Under the pieces are notes generated by a model that saw nothing but the letters and a program-made list of their open reading frames with translations, did no database searches and was not told where the DNA came from. DNA of 64,000 nucleotides from Adineta vaga (lineage: Eukaryota; Animalia; Rotifera), in NCBI GenBank assembly GCA_021613535.1, contig CP075492.1, positions 11,408,001 to 11,472,000 of the forward strand, given 5' to 3'. Positions 1 to 14,614 of the stretch are shown piece by piece. Position numbers and translations under genes: made by a program. How positions within the stretch are numbered: the first letter of the stretch is position 1; every line of letters begins with the position of its first letter.

Positions 1-3000
1 CAACGACAAGATAATGGTAAAAAGTTCCGAATGTAATACTTCTCTTAGAACATCTTGTTGTTTTTGTTAAGTGACTTTCATCTGTATAGAAATCTTCTTT
101 CTTTTTTGTAGCACCAAATTCACCTTCAAATCATTCTCTTCTTACATCTACATTTTCTGAACCAAATAATCATTCAAATAGTAAATCAACGAATTTTACA
201 CATTCAGTACCGATTTCTCGCGCAGAAATACGACATAAAAGTGAAATAGAAGTTGAAGTCAAACACCAACAACAACAACAGCAGCAACAGCAACAGCAAC
301 AGCAACAACAAATTCGAAATGCATTTCATAATAATATCTCTCCACAATCTACGTCATCTTATCCTCCGGTGATACGTCCCATAGGTATTACAAATAATCG
401 AGTACCAGCTATATTTTTCGATGAAAATACGCCTTCACAACATTATCAAATACCAAAACGTCGTATTCTAACAAATTCCATTCAAACTCAAACATTCCAT
501 CAAAATGATCATTATCTTCAACAATTAAAAGTATTAAATGAAGAAACAGTATTAAAAAATGAAAAAATTCATATACTTTTACGTGAACTAACAGACTGTC
601 AGGTGAATATTGTATACACACTGCAGGTGTTTGATTTTCGTTTCGTTTTCTTTCTACTATCTTCTGTACAGGCAATAATCAAACAGCAGGAACAACAATT
701 GGTGAACGGTAAAAAAGAACGCGATCAATTGTGTTGTATTGTCGATGAGCGATCGAACGACTTACGTAATCTTAACCAAAAGAATGAACAATTGGAGCAA
801 ATGATAAGAAATGGTAAATAATCCAATATATACACACTCATACATAGCGAGAAAGATACACGCACATACCATCCGAATAAGCCTTTTTATAACAATCGAT
901 TTCTTTCTTTGATTTAGAACAAGAATATAAAAACGACGAAAAGAAACTTCTTTCCTTATTACAAGAATCTCAACACGAACGTGATCAATTAATACATCAA
1001 CAAGTAGACTTAGTTCAATGTTTTGAACTCTATTTAATTTATTTGTTTCATAGAGACAAACACATGATCGTATTTATAAATTTGAAGAACAATTGAAATA
1101 TTATGAAAATGATTCAACAAGTATGCGTGATCATCTTTTAACTTCGAAAGTAAAATTAGATAAGAAAATCGATGAAAATCAATGTTTAACAAATGAATTG
1201 ACAAATATGAAAAAATTCTGTGATCGTCTTGAACAAGAAAATCAAAAATTAAAATTACAAGTTGATTTCGAACGGAAAAAAGTAAGCTTATCTTTTCATT
1301 CAAGTTCAACATTCATTTCTTTTCGTAGAATGAAGAATGTACGAAATTAAAATCATTAGTCGATATTGAATTACAAAATTCTCTCGAAAAATTTCGTTCA
1401 CAACGTTATGAATATGAAAATAAATTTACAAATCTAGATGAAACATTGAAATATTCTCAAAAACAAAATCAAATTTTTCAACAAAATCAACGTTTAATTG
1501 ATGAAAAACATGGCGAAGAAGTTCAACAATTAAAACATCATATCAATGAATTAGAAATTAAAATCGAAGAAGTTATTAAAGATAAAGCTTTATTATCTAT
1601 ACGTTGTGGAGAATTAATGGATGAAAATCATAAATTAGAAAAAGTATTAACCAATAAAGAAGATGATTATGAAGAGAAGATTAATTGTTATAAAAAGAAA
1701 AATTTAATTTTATCAACACAAATCGATGATATGGAAAAGAAATTAAATGAAACAAGAAAACAATTAGAAATAGTTATAATGGAAAAAGATGAAACATTAG
1801 CTGATATGTTAGTTGCTGTACGTGTTGCAAGTGAATTGAGATATGGTAAGATTTTTGAATGTATAATGATTGTAGAAGAGAACGTTTTTCATTTGTTTAG
1901 ATGCAGAAGATCGTCTGAATAAAGCGAATGATGATTTAAAACGAGTAACGGAACATATTGAACAAGAACGAGCGATGAATAAAGTAGTTCAACGAAAACA
2001 GGTAAATAAATGACTGATGTAGATTTGAATTTTGTTCTTTTAATATAATTTAGATGGAAGTAATTTCAACAAATCGAAATTCAAATGAATCGAACGGTAA
2101 AAACAGAATATGTTTTTCATTATTCATTGAAAATGTTGTATTAATTGTAGATTTTGGTCATGTGAAAATCAAAGATATGATTCGAACACTTGAAGCTAAT
2201 GCTCGTATTCGTAATGTTTAACTTTGTTATCATTGTCTACTATTTGATTTTGGTCTTTTTAGCTTCGATCAATACATCAAATAATCCTATTGAATTCAGT
2301 ATTCGTCAACGTCCACTCTCTCATCCTTGTTCTCGCATCGAAACGAATGTTGTCTCAACAAATAATAATCATCATCATCATCGACCATTTGATACATCAA
2401 CTGATGATGCAAAAATCTTATCCTCAACAAAAGCTGATTCTCCTCAATTAAATGTGACACAACGATCTGAAGTTTCTATTCGATCTATAACGAAGTAACT
2501 AACTTAAATGAATGTCTTCTACATTGTTTTATCGTATTTCTCTTATTCAGTGAACAATATGATGAAATGAAATCCATTGTTGAAGCTGCCTTTGCACGAA
2601 TGCCTGGTAGTGTTTGTAAACGTGATGCTTTATTAAAATGGTGTGTTGAGAAATTAGAAAATTATGTAAGTTATCTTGCTTGTTTTGATCAACTGAAAGA
2701 GTTCTTCTTGAAATATAGGGAATACAAATAACAAACTTTTCAAATTCATGGACAGATGGAATTGCATTTTGTTCACTATTGCATACATTTTTACCTGATC
2801 GAGTTGATCTTGAAATGATTAAAAAAGAAACTAAAGTAAGAGCAAATAATGTAACAAAAATTTTTTCCTATTTTCTTTTCTTTCTAGAAAAAGCGTTTTG
2901 AAATTGCCTTTGATATTGCTAGTAGTGTTGGAATTGTCTCTGTTTTGGTAAGGCAATAGTAGAGAAATATATATTTTTTCTTCTTCTTCTATCTATTTCT

Positions 3001-3294
3001 AATTACGTGTCTTGTACAAATGTATTTTTATGTTTTTTTCAGGATGTTGACGAGATGTGTTCTTCAGAATGGCCTGATTGGGAACGCGTGATGTATTATG
3101 TTGCTTTAATCTTTCGTCATTTTGAAGGTACAACTTCCAGAGAAGCTATTTCTCCTATATTACCCATCCCACAAGCAACCTCTTCGCCCTTATCATCTAC
3201 ATTTAATACAACAGCATCCCCATCCTTATGTGTTTCATTACGATCGCCTAATACCATTCCGACACAACTTTGTTCTCCATTGCAAACTGTATAA
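1..3294 (+). CDS. SPECC1L: Cytospin/SPECC1-like coiled-coil protein with C-terminal calponin-homology domain (multi-exon, 5' end lies before the window)
   Basis: Long coiled-coil exons (1093-1846). Spliced C-terminal type-2 CH domain: KRDALLKWCVEKLENY/GIQITNFSNSWTDGIAFCSLLHTFLPD...FEIAFDIASSVGI...PDWERVMYYVALIFRHF. Stop TAA 3292-3294. Confidence 0.8.
267..311 (+). repeat. CAA/CAG repeat encoding poly-Q in the cytospin-like exon
   Basis: caacaacaacaacagcagcaacagcaacagcaacagcaacaacaa. Confidence 0.85.
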
Positions 3295-4203
3295 TAGAGA
3301 AAATGAGTTTTTGATTCAGTTTTTCAATCTATCTACTAAGTAGAATATTTTCCACAATTCTATTTCATATCTTTATATACTTGAATTGAAATGTTCTTCT
3401 TTTATTTGATGATATGAGATTTTTGTGTTGGATGATACAAAGAAGAAACATATACAGTTGTTTTTTTTCTCATTTTACTTTTTTTTCTCCTTTTAAATTA
3501 TATTATGATGATTATTAGAGATACATTTAAAGATGATTTATTTTTGGTTTTTTTTGTCTACTAACTTGATTTTTTTCTGTTTGTTTAATATATATTCTCG
3601 TATATATATATATATACATATAATTAAATATAAGCATGAAGAAGAACAAGACAAAAATCAATATATCGAAAAATTTGTGATATAATTTCAAGATTAGATG
3701 TCAATTGTTTAGGCTCAGGTAAAAGATATGTCACTGGATCTGATCATATCAATCGACGGTTTGTTTCGAATATAATCTTCATTAAAGAGTCCTTTGCAAT
3801 GTTCTATTTATTTAAAGTTCAATTTCGATGTGTCTATAACGATCGATTAATAGTATTTGTATTTCAAGCATTCTTTGTTATCATATAAAAGAGAGGTCGG
3901 TAATTGAATATAGTGAAGTCGATAAGCAAATAAATTTTTGAAAATTTAACTTAAAAGATAAAAGTTGATTATTCCAACATGATTGTATTCGAATATACGA
4001 AGAAAAAGAGAGAGAGAGAGAGAGAGAGTTTGCTCGATGTCTTCAATGGATAGACTTATCATTTGTTAAATATACAAATTGAATACGTATACTCGTTAGT
4101 GTTCATTCTATTCATTTAGAGTATATTTATTTTTAAAATTAGAAAAGAAGAGAACGAACGAACGAAAAAGAAAATATTATATGATGATTTTTGAAGACAT
4201 CAA

Positions 4204-5407
4204 ATGGCTCGACGTGCACCTGAAGTAACAGTTGTTGCTCATCCTAATTCTCTTGGTTTTCAACAGCAGAGAAGTATAATCATTTTCTAGACAAAATCAT
4301 CATTGAATTCATTTATCTATTTGAAGATGTTTATACAAACGACCCAGAAAGTGTATGTATTTATTCGTCTTTCGTGACTGGTTCCGGTTAATGATAGACT
4401 AACCCTATACATTACACGTTCTTCTCTTCTCTTTGCTGTACATTACTGATATCAGATAAGTTCAACAAACGGAAAGAGAAAAGGAAGAGAGACAGACGTT
4501 TTTTGTTCACATAGGATCGACGATGAAAAGAATAAGAACACGAGAGAAGAAGGTAAATCATAATCAGTATATTCATTTTCTTTCATTTTAGTCAACAACA
4601 GCGACTAGTTATTATCGAACAGCAACAAACATGAATACTCATAATACAACACCGAATTATATAGCTCCAGGTTCTAATCAACCTGTTAATTATGGTCCAT
4701 CGCAACCACAAGCTGCACGAGAGAGTCTGATTGATAAAGCTTATGTGACATCCATTCGTGGTTTGTTGAAATTTGCTTGTTTAGTATGTTGTTTATCTTC
4801 ATTTCCAATGAAAAATTCAATTACCTGTATGTTTAGCTATTCTGTTTTATTGCATTCATGTGTATTGTATCAACATCACAATGTAATGGTAGTCATGTAT
4901 TTCTTGCATCTGTTATTTGGTTAGTAATGATCATGCAAGTGATGATTATTATCGCCTTTTTATTTCGATTAAAAACACGATTTACTGGTATTGATTTTGA
5001 ATTTTTGGTAAGTCATGAATCATAAACTGATGATTCTGTATCGACACATATGTTTTGAGAATTAAGGTTCAATGATTAGATCACTTTTATTTGTAGGATT
5101 TTTTTGCAACATCACATGATGCCCTTTATCTTTTGGTAAAAATTTGATTCTTCCTGCTTTTTCTGTTTGAATGAAATAAAAGTTAATATTTGTACTTAGA
5201 TTGCATCAAGTGTTACAATTCATTATTGTCGAAATCCTGGACAGATTGCTGGTGGAGTGAGTGATATGATATAAAGAAAAATGTTATACTTTATTTGGAA
5301 TTTAGGTGATGGGAATATTTGCATTTTTATTCTTAGCAAGTGATGCTGTTGTTATTTTCTTAGCTCGCCGAGATGAAACTGTTCCTAATCGCAATGGTGT
5401 TCGATAA
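4204..5407 (+). CDS. MARVEL-domain tetraspan protein (CMTM/MAL/plasmolipin-like), multi-exon
   Basis: Spliced: MARRAPEV...SLIDKAYVTSIRGLLKFACLLFCFIAFMC...FLASVIWLVMIMQVMIIIAFLFRL...DFFATSHDALYLLIASSV...QIAGGVMGIFAFLFLASDAV. Four TM helices and the MARVEL 'Y..S..G.LK' start. The start codon choice is uncertain. Confidence 0.75.
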
Positions 5408-5871
5408 TTTTGTTGGAAAATATGTTATCTATATATAATTATTTCAGTTGAATTTCTTCTATTAATGTCTATCTATTTCATTTTTTCTTCTTTTATTGTC
5501 GAGTTGTACGAGAGATAAAGAGTTTCATGCAGAAAATTCATATGGATTTTTCAATGACCAACATATGTAGCGGCTTTCGCTTATAACCGAATAAATGAGT
5601 CATAACGTTAACTTATAATATCGTGAAAATGTTTATCAGATTTAGGTGAAAAACTAACTCAAAATGTGCGTATCATCTTATCTCAATTACTGCCTATGAA
5701 AATGAGTAATAAGAAAATAAAAAAAGAACAAACAAATGACGACAGATGCAAATTAGAAAATGACATTGTTGAAGAGATTAACTGAATATGTAACTCTACA
5801 AATGTTTGTATATAATAGTGCATTTCAAATATTTATTTTTCTGATTACAAGTGTTACAAATTTAGATGCAT

Positions 5872-6398
5872 TTATATATCCATTTGTTTTCCAATATGAA
5901 TATTTTCTCTTGAAAGAGAGACACGAATATTTGAAAACATCTGTCCCATTGAACGATGTATAGGTCCGATAACTGCATCACAAATGGCATGAACATATAC
6001 TCCCATTTCACCAATGTATGTTCGAGTAATTTGACGTGCTGGTACAGCAATCCATATCATCAAAAATGTATAGGTACCAAATATCAAACCCCAACATAAC
6101 ATCAATGGTAAACCAAGTAAAACAGTCAACAAGCGATAAATGAAGACCTTAGTATAGTGATATACTTGATGTGAAACTTTGTGAAAGATTTCAAAACTAT
6201 AAGCACTTGCATCAGGTTCAGCAATGACATTGAAAAAATCAAGCTAAATAGAAAGAGATTGAATGAATGAATGAATGAAATGAATAGATTTTGTTATGTT
6301 ACTTGAAGATGTTTGTTGATTTTGAGTGGATCTCGATTGTCGGGATCGGACATGGCTGATGACTGATATTGATTTGGATCTAAATATGTTGCTGACAT
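5872..6398 (-). CDS. CAV: Caveolin (2 exons)
   Basis: MSATYLD...DNRDPLKINKHLQ|LDFFNVIAEPDASAYSF (caveolin FEDVIAEP-like signature), hairpin IYRLLTVLLGLPLMLCWGLIFG, C-terminal PIHRSMGQMFSNIRV. One intron at about 6245-6302. Confidence 0.93.
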
Positions 6399-7224
6399 GG
6401 CTGTGAAATTGATGTTAATGTTGAGATTCGTGTTTTGTTTGAGTATATATAGCGAAAGATGACCATGGTATTTGTTGATGTTTATCTGTGTTTGAAAGGG
6501 AGATAAGAAGAAAATTCGAGTGATGTGACATCATTGAGCATGCATTTTGGATAACTGAGTCATTTTTAAGTTTTATCAAGTATTATTATCTTTTTTATTT
6601 AAACGTTTTCCATTTTTCTATTTTATTTTTCAAATAGCTTAAAAACTAAACAGATAACCGAAATCGCCTGAATTACCTGTCGAATGATGTAATTGAAGGA
6701 TTATTCAATAAAGAATAATCAATTCATATGCATCTAAATTTAAAAAGCCGTTGAAACCTTTTGAGCTTCGATTATAATAACAGTGTAAAAGAATGACATT
6801 GCTGAACCATCGCGGGTTGTTAACATCTAGCGCCATCTGTACGCGGAGTCTCCATGTATAATTTCAGAACATTTTTGTGCAATAGAAAATAGAGAAAGCT
6901 GCTTAATAAATATATGGTCTCATCTGACTCTCATGTGATACTTCGCTGACTATACAATAACATCTTGTTTTTGTGCTAATAATAAATCAGTTCTGTTGGT
7001 TTCATGTACTTGAATCTGATGAAAATGTACCTGAATATACACGCGTTAGAGTCAGAAATAGCACCAGTTGTGCTTGTTTTCTCTTTTAATTCAATACTTT
7101 TATATGAATGAAGAACTACAGATAGTATTTCATAGCGATCAACAGATTGATAAGAATTCGTTACTTTTCTCAATTGATCTCTCATAGAATTATATATCTG
7201 TTTATTTTTGTAGATATCTAAAAC

Positions 7225-10200
7225 ATGTCTACCGATAAATATGATGATGCTGAACTACAAAAACCAAATATTTATAATAAATATTTGCCATATTATGAAT
7301 CGATTCAAGAACATCGATCGAAATCATTCGATGAAATCTGTGAAACTCTATCTCGTCTTATACAATTACAAGAATTACAACCTGGTTTTCCACTTTGGTC
7401 ATCAAAATTACAAGAATTCATTTCTCTCTATGGATATGCATTTACTAAAACCAATCATTTAAAATTAATTCATTTCTATCTTGCTATTCTTTCGATAAAA
7501 AATCTCAATTATATCCATGCACAAATATGTTTCAATTTACTGACTCAACTTCTGCGGTTCGTATTAAGAACTTGTTTTCGGATATTTACTAAACAAAAAA
7601 AAGTAGTGGAAGTATCTCTTTATTTTTAGTAAAACATATTTAATTACAAGAGAAGATTTAACTATCGACTGGCATATTCTTTATGATTGGGCAAAACTTG
7701 TTCTTTTCAATCATGATGAATCTTATTCATTAGTAGCTTTACCTAAGTTGTTCTATTGATTATTTCAAACTAATCAAACTATGAATTTTCTCATTTAGAA
7801 ATATTGAAAATTCATTCTTACTGTGTGTACGAAGTTGTCGACCATATTTTTCTCAAACAGCTACACAAGAAATTCTTGACGAATTTCGACCATGTTTATG
7901 TCCATTCGATACAGTTTGTGGAGATGTTATGAGCTATTGGGATACATTTCTACCAGTTCATCTACCAAAAGAATTACATCATCAAGGATTCAAGTAAGAT
8001 GCAAAAACTATACTAGAATATTATCGTAGATTTGAGATCTGCTTATAAAACTTTTCTTCTACAAAAATAATGTTTTGTTTTTCAATTGATTTTAGATTAT
8101 GGCTCTCAGAATTCTTGGATATTTGGGAAACTGCTTGTAACAATCCAGAATGGGAACAGGTTGAGTATCTTATATATATATATACATGTCTTATTTGAAA
8201 GAATATATTGTTTAGAGTTTAATCAGTTTATTTTCTTTTCTTGCTTGGTGTAATATTGGATACATTGATTGGGAATCATCACTTTCACGAGTAAGAAAGT
8301 TTGTCTAATTCAATTACTTTTCTTATGAAAAAGTTTGTTTTTATTTAGATTTTTACAAGAATATTAAAAAACCTTTCGCTTCCTGTTGGTAATTCTTTAA
8401 TGCCAAAATCATCGCAACGGTATTCATTACCAGTTGTTGCAACATGGATTGTTGCCATGATGGGAAACAATAGTTTATGTATGAACTATTTACGAGATTT
8501 GTTTGCAGCAATAAAAATCTTTTATCATCCATCAAATACTGGAGAATTTCAAGAAGAACTTGTCAGTTTTCTTTCACTTCTTGCTCAAACATTTGTCGAT
8601 CGAATCTATCTGTAAGCAAACAAGAATTCTAAGATTTAGAAATTTTATCTTTCTATATTATTATCATCCTTCTTTGTTTATTATAGTGAACGTTCTAATC
8701 GTCCTGTTTGGTATTTTAATCCACCTGATTCACATCGGTTAACAGAGAATGATATTACTGATTTTGTTAATTGTCTCAAAGAATGTGCATTTATCTCAAT
8801 TTTCAATAAAGATCACTTAGATTTAGCTGTTGAAACATGTCATTATCTTTCACAACTTCGTCCGGAATTGATTGTTCCACAATTGGTTGAATTGTATAAA
8901 TCTCTTCTTTTTCCAAATTCTCTATAATTATTCATTACAATTCTTCCTAGAGTTTTCGCTTCGATCGATAATATCACTGAACCACACCGTTTTACATCAA
9001 TAATTACTTGTCTGACTGGTTTAACACGACAAATTGTTCGTCAAACACCACAATTTCCTCAAGGTCAAACATTTGTTTTACCATTGATTATCTTAGTTTT
9101 ACCAGGTATCGATTCGAATGATTTGAAGAAAACATCCGTAACATTACAATTTCTTCATGCTATGCTTATGCTTCTAACATGTGTTGATTGTTCATCAGCC
9201 ATTCAAACACGAAATGATTTAAGTGAAGTAAGATGATATGAATAAATCATTTCAAACGAAATCTTTTTCTTTGAAAATTTAGATTGAAAAAGAAGTATGT
9301 TTATCGACAAATAAATTCGAAGATTTTATCAGTGAATTCCTTAATCGAATCTTTCAAATGATTGATACATTATCGATTGATATACCTGATGTTGTCATCT
9401 CAACAAATAATTCGAAAATGGAATATCATCAAATTGGTTTGGAATTAACGTCCGTGATCTCCGCAATATGTCAACAATGTAGTTCAAAAATCTTTCAAGT
9501 ACGACGAGAAAATAAACGAACATGATCTTTTTTTGTATTAAAGATAACTTTTACATTTAGATGATTCGAGAAAAGATTACAAATTATCTTGCAACATATT
9601 CTTATTCTATTAAAGTGAATAAAATAGTGACTGGTCTTGTTCAAGCAATTTTGAAAAGCAATCCAGTAGAAACATTGAAATATCTTTTATCACAAGCATG
9701 TGAATTGATTGAGAAAATTCTTCGTCAATCAGATCAATCTATTTTAATTGATCATCATGGAGATTCAAAATTAACATGGTATTTAACTCTTTTCTCGGAA
9801 CTTCTTTGTGCACGTGGTGATACTCTTATCATCTATAAATCAACAGTTCTTCGAATCTTTCATCAATGTATACGTATTACTCATCAAGAATCATCGGAAG
9901 CCATGGCAAAGGCCGCAAGAAACTTACTCAAATCATTGACATATGTTTATCCAATAGATTATCGATTGACGGTTGAAAATATCGAAGAACCATTTGTAGA
10001 TTGTCTACCGATTCGAGTATGTTGATATTTGTTTGAATATTGAAGTAGAAGTTGAGATTTTACCAAGGCATGGGGGCAACATGTTGATTATGATAAAATT
10101 CAAGGAAAATTTCATATTCCAAATGAAGATGAAGTCGATTTTGCATGTGAATTTGTTGAAATATTTCTCTATCTTGAATTACAAATGATCAATGATAATT

Positions 10201-13200
10201 GCTCAAAAATGTCAAATAATGAACGTTTACGATCGCTTCGACTTATTCATCAAATTGCTCTTGGATGTTTACGTATGGTTCCACGGATACCCAGTGATGA
10301 AGTTCAAAATCTGTAAGTCTTGTTACATATTACGTATTCAAATGAACTTTTTTTTCTATTTTAGTGTCTCATCTGTAGCTAAATATGATTTAAAATATCA
10401 AGCTCAATATTCACTCTATGCTAAAGAACCAAGTATGATTAGATTATTGGAAGCAAAATCATATTCATATTTCTCTTTAGAATTCAACGAAAATCTACGA
10501 ATGCGTTTGCTTATTGATATTGGCAAGTTACTTGGTAATTCCGATTTTTATCATTGAATCAAAATATATCAATCTTTCTTTCTAGATCATCTTATTATGT
10601 ACCATTCAGATGATGCAACAGCAATCAAAATAGCTCTCAAGGTAGGTGATATTTACTTCTATTGACAAATGTTTCGAGAAAATACTTTGTACATCTGATT
10701 CATAGATATATTCTCTTTCATCAATTTATTATGGTAATTTCGAAAATAGTATTAACGAAACATGTCAACATTTAAATCAATTGAAATATACATTCAAAAC
10801 GAAACTTTGCGGACCACAACAACATCCTCGATTTATTGTAGTTGAACGTCTTGCTATTCAATCTGAAGTCATTTCTTTTTCTGTTTAAAATCAAAAACTA
10901 ATCTATTTCTTTTTCTAGTTATTCTCTGTTCGTAATTTTCGAACATTAACTGAAATTGATCAACAAGTCATATTCAAATTATTTGATTTATCTATCAATC
11001 GCTACGGTGAAGTAAGATACATTTTTATTAATAAAATCAGTCATAGATTTCTCTTCAAGGTTCGTCGACAAGCTCAAAATGAACTCTTTCGAATTCTTTC
11101 TCGTTTCTTCTTTTCATATCACATCATACTTGATCGTATTGTTGAATTATTAAATCAAACAAATGATGTTGATCATGATCAAATTAAAGGTTGTCTATAT
11201 GTACTTCTTGGAAACGATTCAGTCTTTCTTCCAATAAAACATTCATGGATAACTATTGAGAAATTATGGCCATCAATTGCATGTACAAAACATGCAACGA
11301 AACTTAGTACACAGAATTTAGTTAATTCAATTATTTATAATATGTGTCAAAGATATCATACAATAGCGATTATCGAAAATACGAATGAAAATTCGAAGAA
11401 AGCAGCAATTAATCTGTGGCATTCATTAGAAAATCATGATTTCGAATTGTATGGTCGAATGTGTGAAGAAAGAAATGATGAAAATATTCGTTTATATGAA
11501 AATTTAGTGGAAAAATTAACTTCATTATTTTATAATGATCTTTTGTAATATCAAATATTTGAAATATTAATTAAGAATTTGTTTTCTTTCTTTTTCGTTT
11601 CATACATATATAGAACTTGTCGACAGCAAGTGACAATGATAACATTTATCATGTTTCTCTTTCAAAAACAAGTTCAAATACCATTATCATGTATTCGAAT
11701 GGTCATTGATTTTCTTACACATGAAAATCATAATATACGAAAGGTTTGTTTTTGAGGAGATTCAATTGATGATGGTTTTTTTTCTTCTCTTTAGGCAGCG
11801 GAACGATGTGCTTCAGCTTTATGTCGTATACAAAAACCAGCGATTATTTATCTTGAAAAATCTCTTCATGAAATCTTATATCATGTGAATAAACCATGTC
11901 CTGGTGAAGATTGTTGTTGTCCAGGAGATCGTGATGATAATCTTTGGATAACAATAAACAATTACAAACCAGCACAAACACAAATCGAATGGGAAGAAAC
12001 ATGCTTTCTAGATAAATGTTTTCATGGATATTATAAATGGCCAAAAATTATTCGATATCCCATGAATAAACGTGAACGTTATGTGAAAGGAAACATGCCT
12101 GAACATGTTGCAATTATCTATGATCGATTTATGGATAAGAATTTTCTTACTAAATTAATTCAATATATGATTATAGATGAAGAAAACAATCAGATTAATT
12201 TTGATACACATCGATTTCGAATGTTTAAAGTAAAAGAAATCATTGGAATTATTTGTTAGATGAAAATCGGTGTTTTTTTTAAGGGTTTATTTCGAAATTT
12301 TGGTTTCGATTTAGTTCCACTGTTTTTGGAACAATTAAATCTACTTATTCATGAGAAAACTAAGGAAAAACAAGAAGGTAGTCATCGAGTTGCAGCAGAA
12401 ATTATTGCTGGAATGATTCGTGGTTCGAAATACTGGACATTAGATATGGTTTGTTGAATAATTTATCATTTTCTTTACCTAAAAACAAATTCTATTTCAG
12501 TTGGATAAATTATGGGAAAAATTAATTGGATTATTAACGGAAGTTTGTGAAAATCTTACTCCCGAAACATTACAATATTGGGGTGCATGTTTCAAATTCG
12601 GCATGGTTTGTTTGAAGTTCATTAATTGATTGATTTCGAAGAAGAAAAACAACGAAAATTCTATTTGTTTAGGAAGATTTAGATCCACGAAGAATGCATC
12701 GCTTGATTGAATTTATTCATACTTTAGTCAAAGATCAAACAAATGTGAATACATTTCTTGAAACATCACGTTGGTTTTTAGTTTTAAAACTAACAAATTT
12801 TGAATGGCGTGTACCAGCGATCTGGTGTGCTGTTAATGAACATGCTAAAGAAATGCTTGATCATCCGTACAAAGCAGTACGAGAACATATTGCCAAGTAA
12901 TTGGGGATAATAAAAACGAAAGAATATTGTTTGTTTTTCCGTTCTTTTCAATAGTGTCTTATCCATATCGCTCAGTTTCGATGTGAAATTACCCAATGGT
13001 CAAGCGACTCGTCATCCCGATGCTAATCGATTTATTGATACGATTCGCGAAAGATTACATCAAGCAATAGAAATTTATGAAAAAACACCATTAAGTAATA
13101 AAAAGTTCTTCGTTAAAATCATTATTTTGTCTAAATGGAATTTTCTAGCAAATATCACTGGAGAAACGGTAGAAATTGATCAAGAAGCTCGAAAAGCATT

Positions 13201-14297
13201 GAATTTTATTGAAACAGGTAATTGATTCTTATTTATTTTAGTTTTATGATTGATTGTTTGATTGATTTTAGTAATTCAATTTCATACACGTATATTCATG
13301 TGGTGTTTACAACCAATGAAAAGTGCCATCATTCGAATATTTCCTTACGTATATTTTCAATTGAAACCAATAACTATTCTTTCTAAATAGTTTGTTCTCT
13401 ATTAGCTTTGTGAATTGGAAAGTATTATTCCAAGTGAAAATTTAACAATTAGTCGAATGTATGTTGCTATGACTTATCTTCACATGCCTTTTCTTCAAGC
13501 ATTAGTTGAACAATTAGAACAAGTAACTGATTGAAAATTAGAAAAGAAGAAAAAAAAATGTTTTTCTATTCTTTGAATGATAGGTTTGTCAAAGTCCAAA
13601 ATGGCATGCACGTCGTGTTGCAATGGAATTCATTCAAAATATGGTATTTTATAATTTCTTCAATGCTCGTTCTTATACAAAACAATTACGAGAACTTGTA
13701 TTGAAATGTTTATCTGATGAACAATTAGAAGTTCGAACAGTTGCATCGGTAGCGTTAGCTGGTTTCTATCAATGTGGTTATCTTCAAATTAATCAAGAAG
13801 ATTTTGTAAATATTTATCTTTCAGGATATTTGAAGTTTAATTTATTCATTTAGATATATTTTCATACAATGAGTAAAATAAAGTATTTCTCCAAAACAGA
13901 TGGAAAAAGAATTATTTCACCTAAAAAGTTAATCAAACGACATGGAGGTATGTTGACTAAAATGAGAAATAAAATTATAAATTTAATATCGAATCAGGTA
14001 TTCTTGGTCTTTGTGCTATTGTTCTATCATCTCCTTATGAAATTTCAAATTATGTTCCTGATGCATTGATGCTCCTATGTGAATGTTCACATGATCCTGA
14101 TATGATTCAAGTATGTCGTCAATTTCTGAAAAGAATGAATGTTAAATTCTTTTGTCATTTAGAAATCAATTAAGAAAACATTAACAGAATTTCGTCGTAC
14201 TCATCATGATTCTTGGCATGAACATCGAGAGAAATTCACTGATGATCAACTTGTTATTTTAGCTGATGTATTAATATCACCTAATTATTATGCTTAA
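7225..14297 (+). CDS. PSME4: Proteasome activator complex subunit 4 (PA200/Blm10), many short introns
   Basis: N-terminus [14 protein letters not shown]; [15 protein letters not shown]; YHPSNTG; VLPGIDSND; C-terminus [41 protein letters not shown] with the HbYX (YYA) proteasome-docking tail. Confidence 0.95.
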
Positions 14298-14614
14298 ATA
14301 TTAGTCTTGAATGCTGTGAACCTGTGTGAAATTATCCTTTTCCAAGAAGAAAAATAGTCAAACTGACATGAGTATTTTTTTCTTCATTATTTTCATTCTC
14401 TTTTTCTTTTTGTTGGCTAATAAAAATTCAATTATGTGTTCTAGTTCAGTAAGGCAATATAATTTGTGTATTTGCTCTTGAAGTGAAAACTACATCAAAA
14501 AATAAGTTTTTTCAACCAAGCAGTTTCAAAAATCATATATGAACATAAAAAGTTCTTCTAGTATGGTTTACTCGGCATATCCTTTATGTTATTTATTTCG
14601 AAAAAGATGAATAT

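Noticed and set aside
7016-7060. CTGATGA...GAAA as a hammerhead ribozyme
   Set aside because: No pairing stems I-III around the core.
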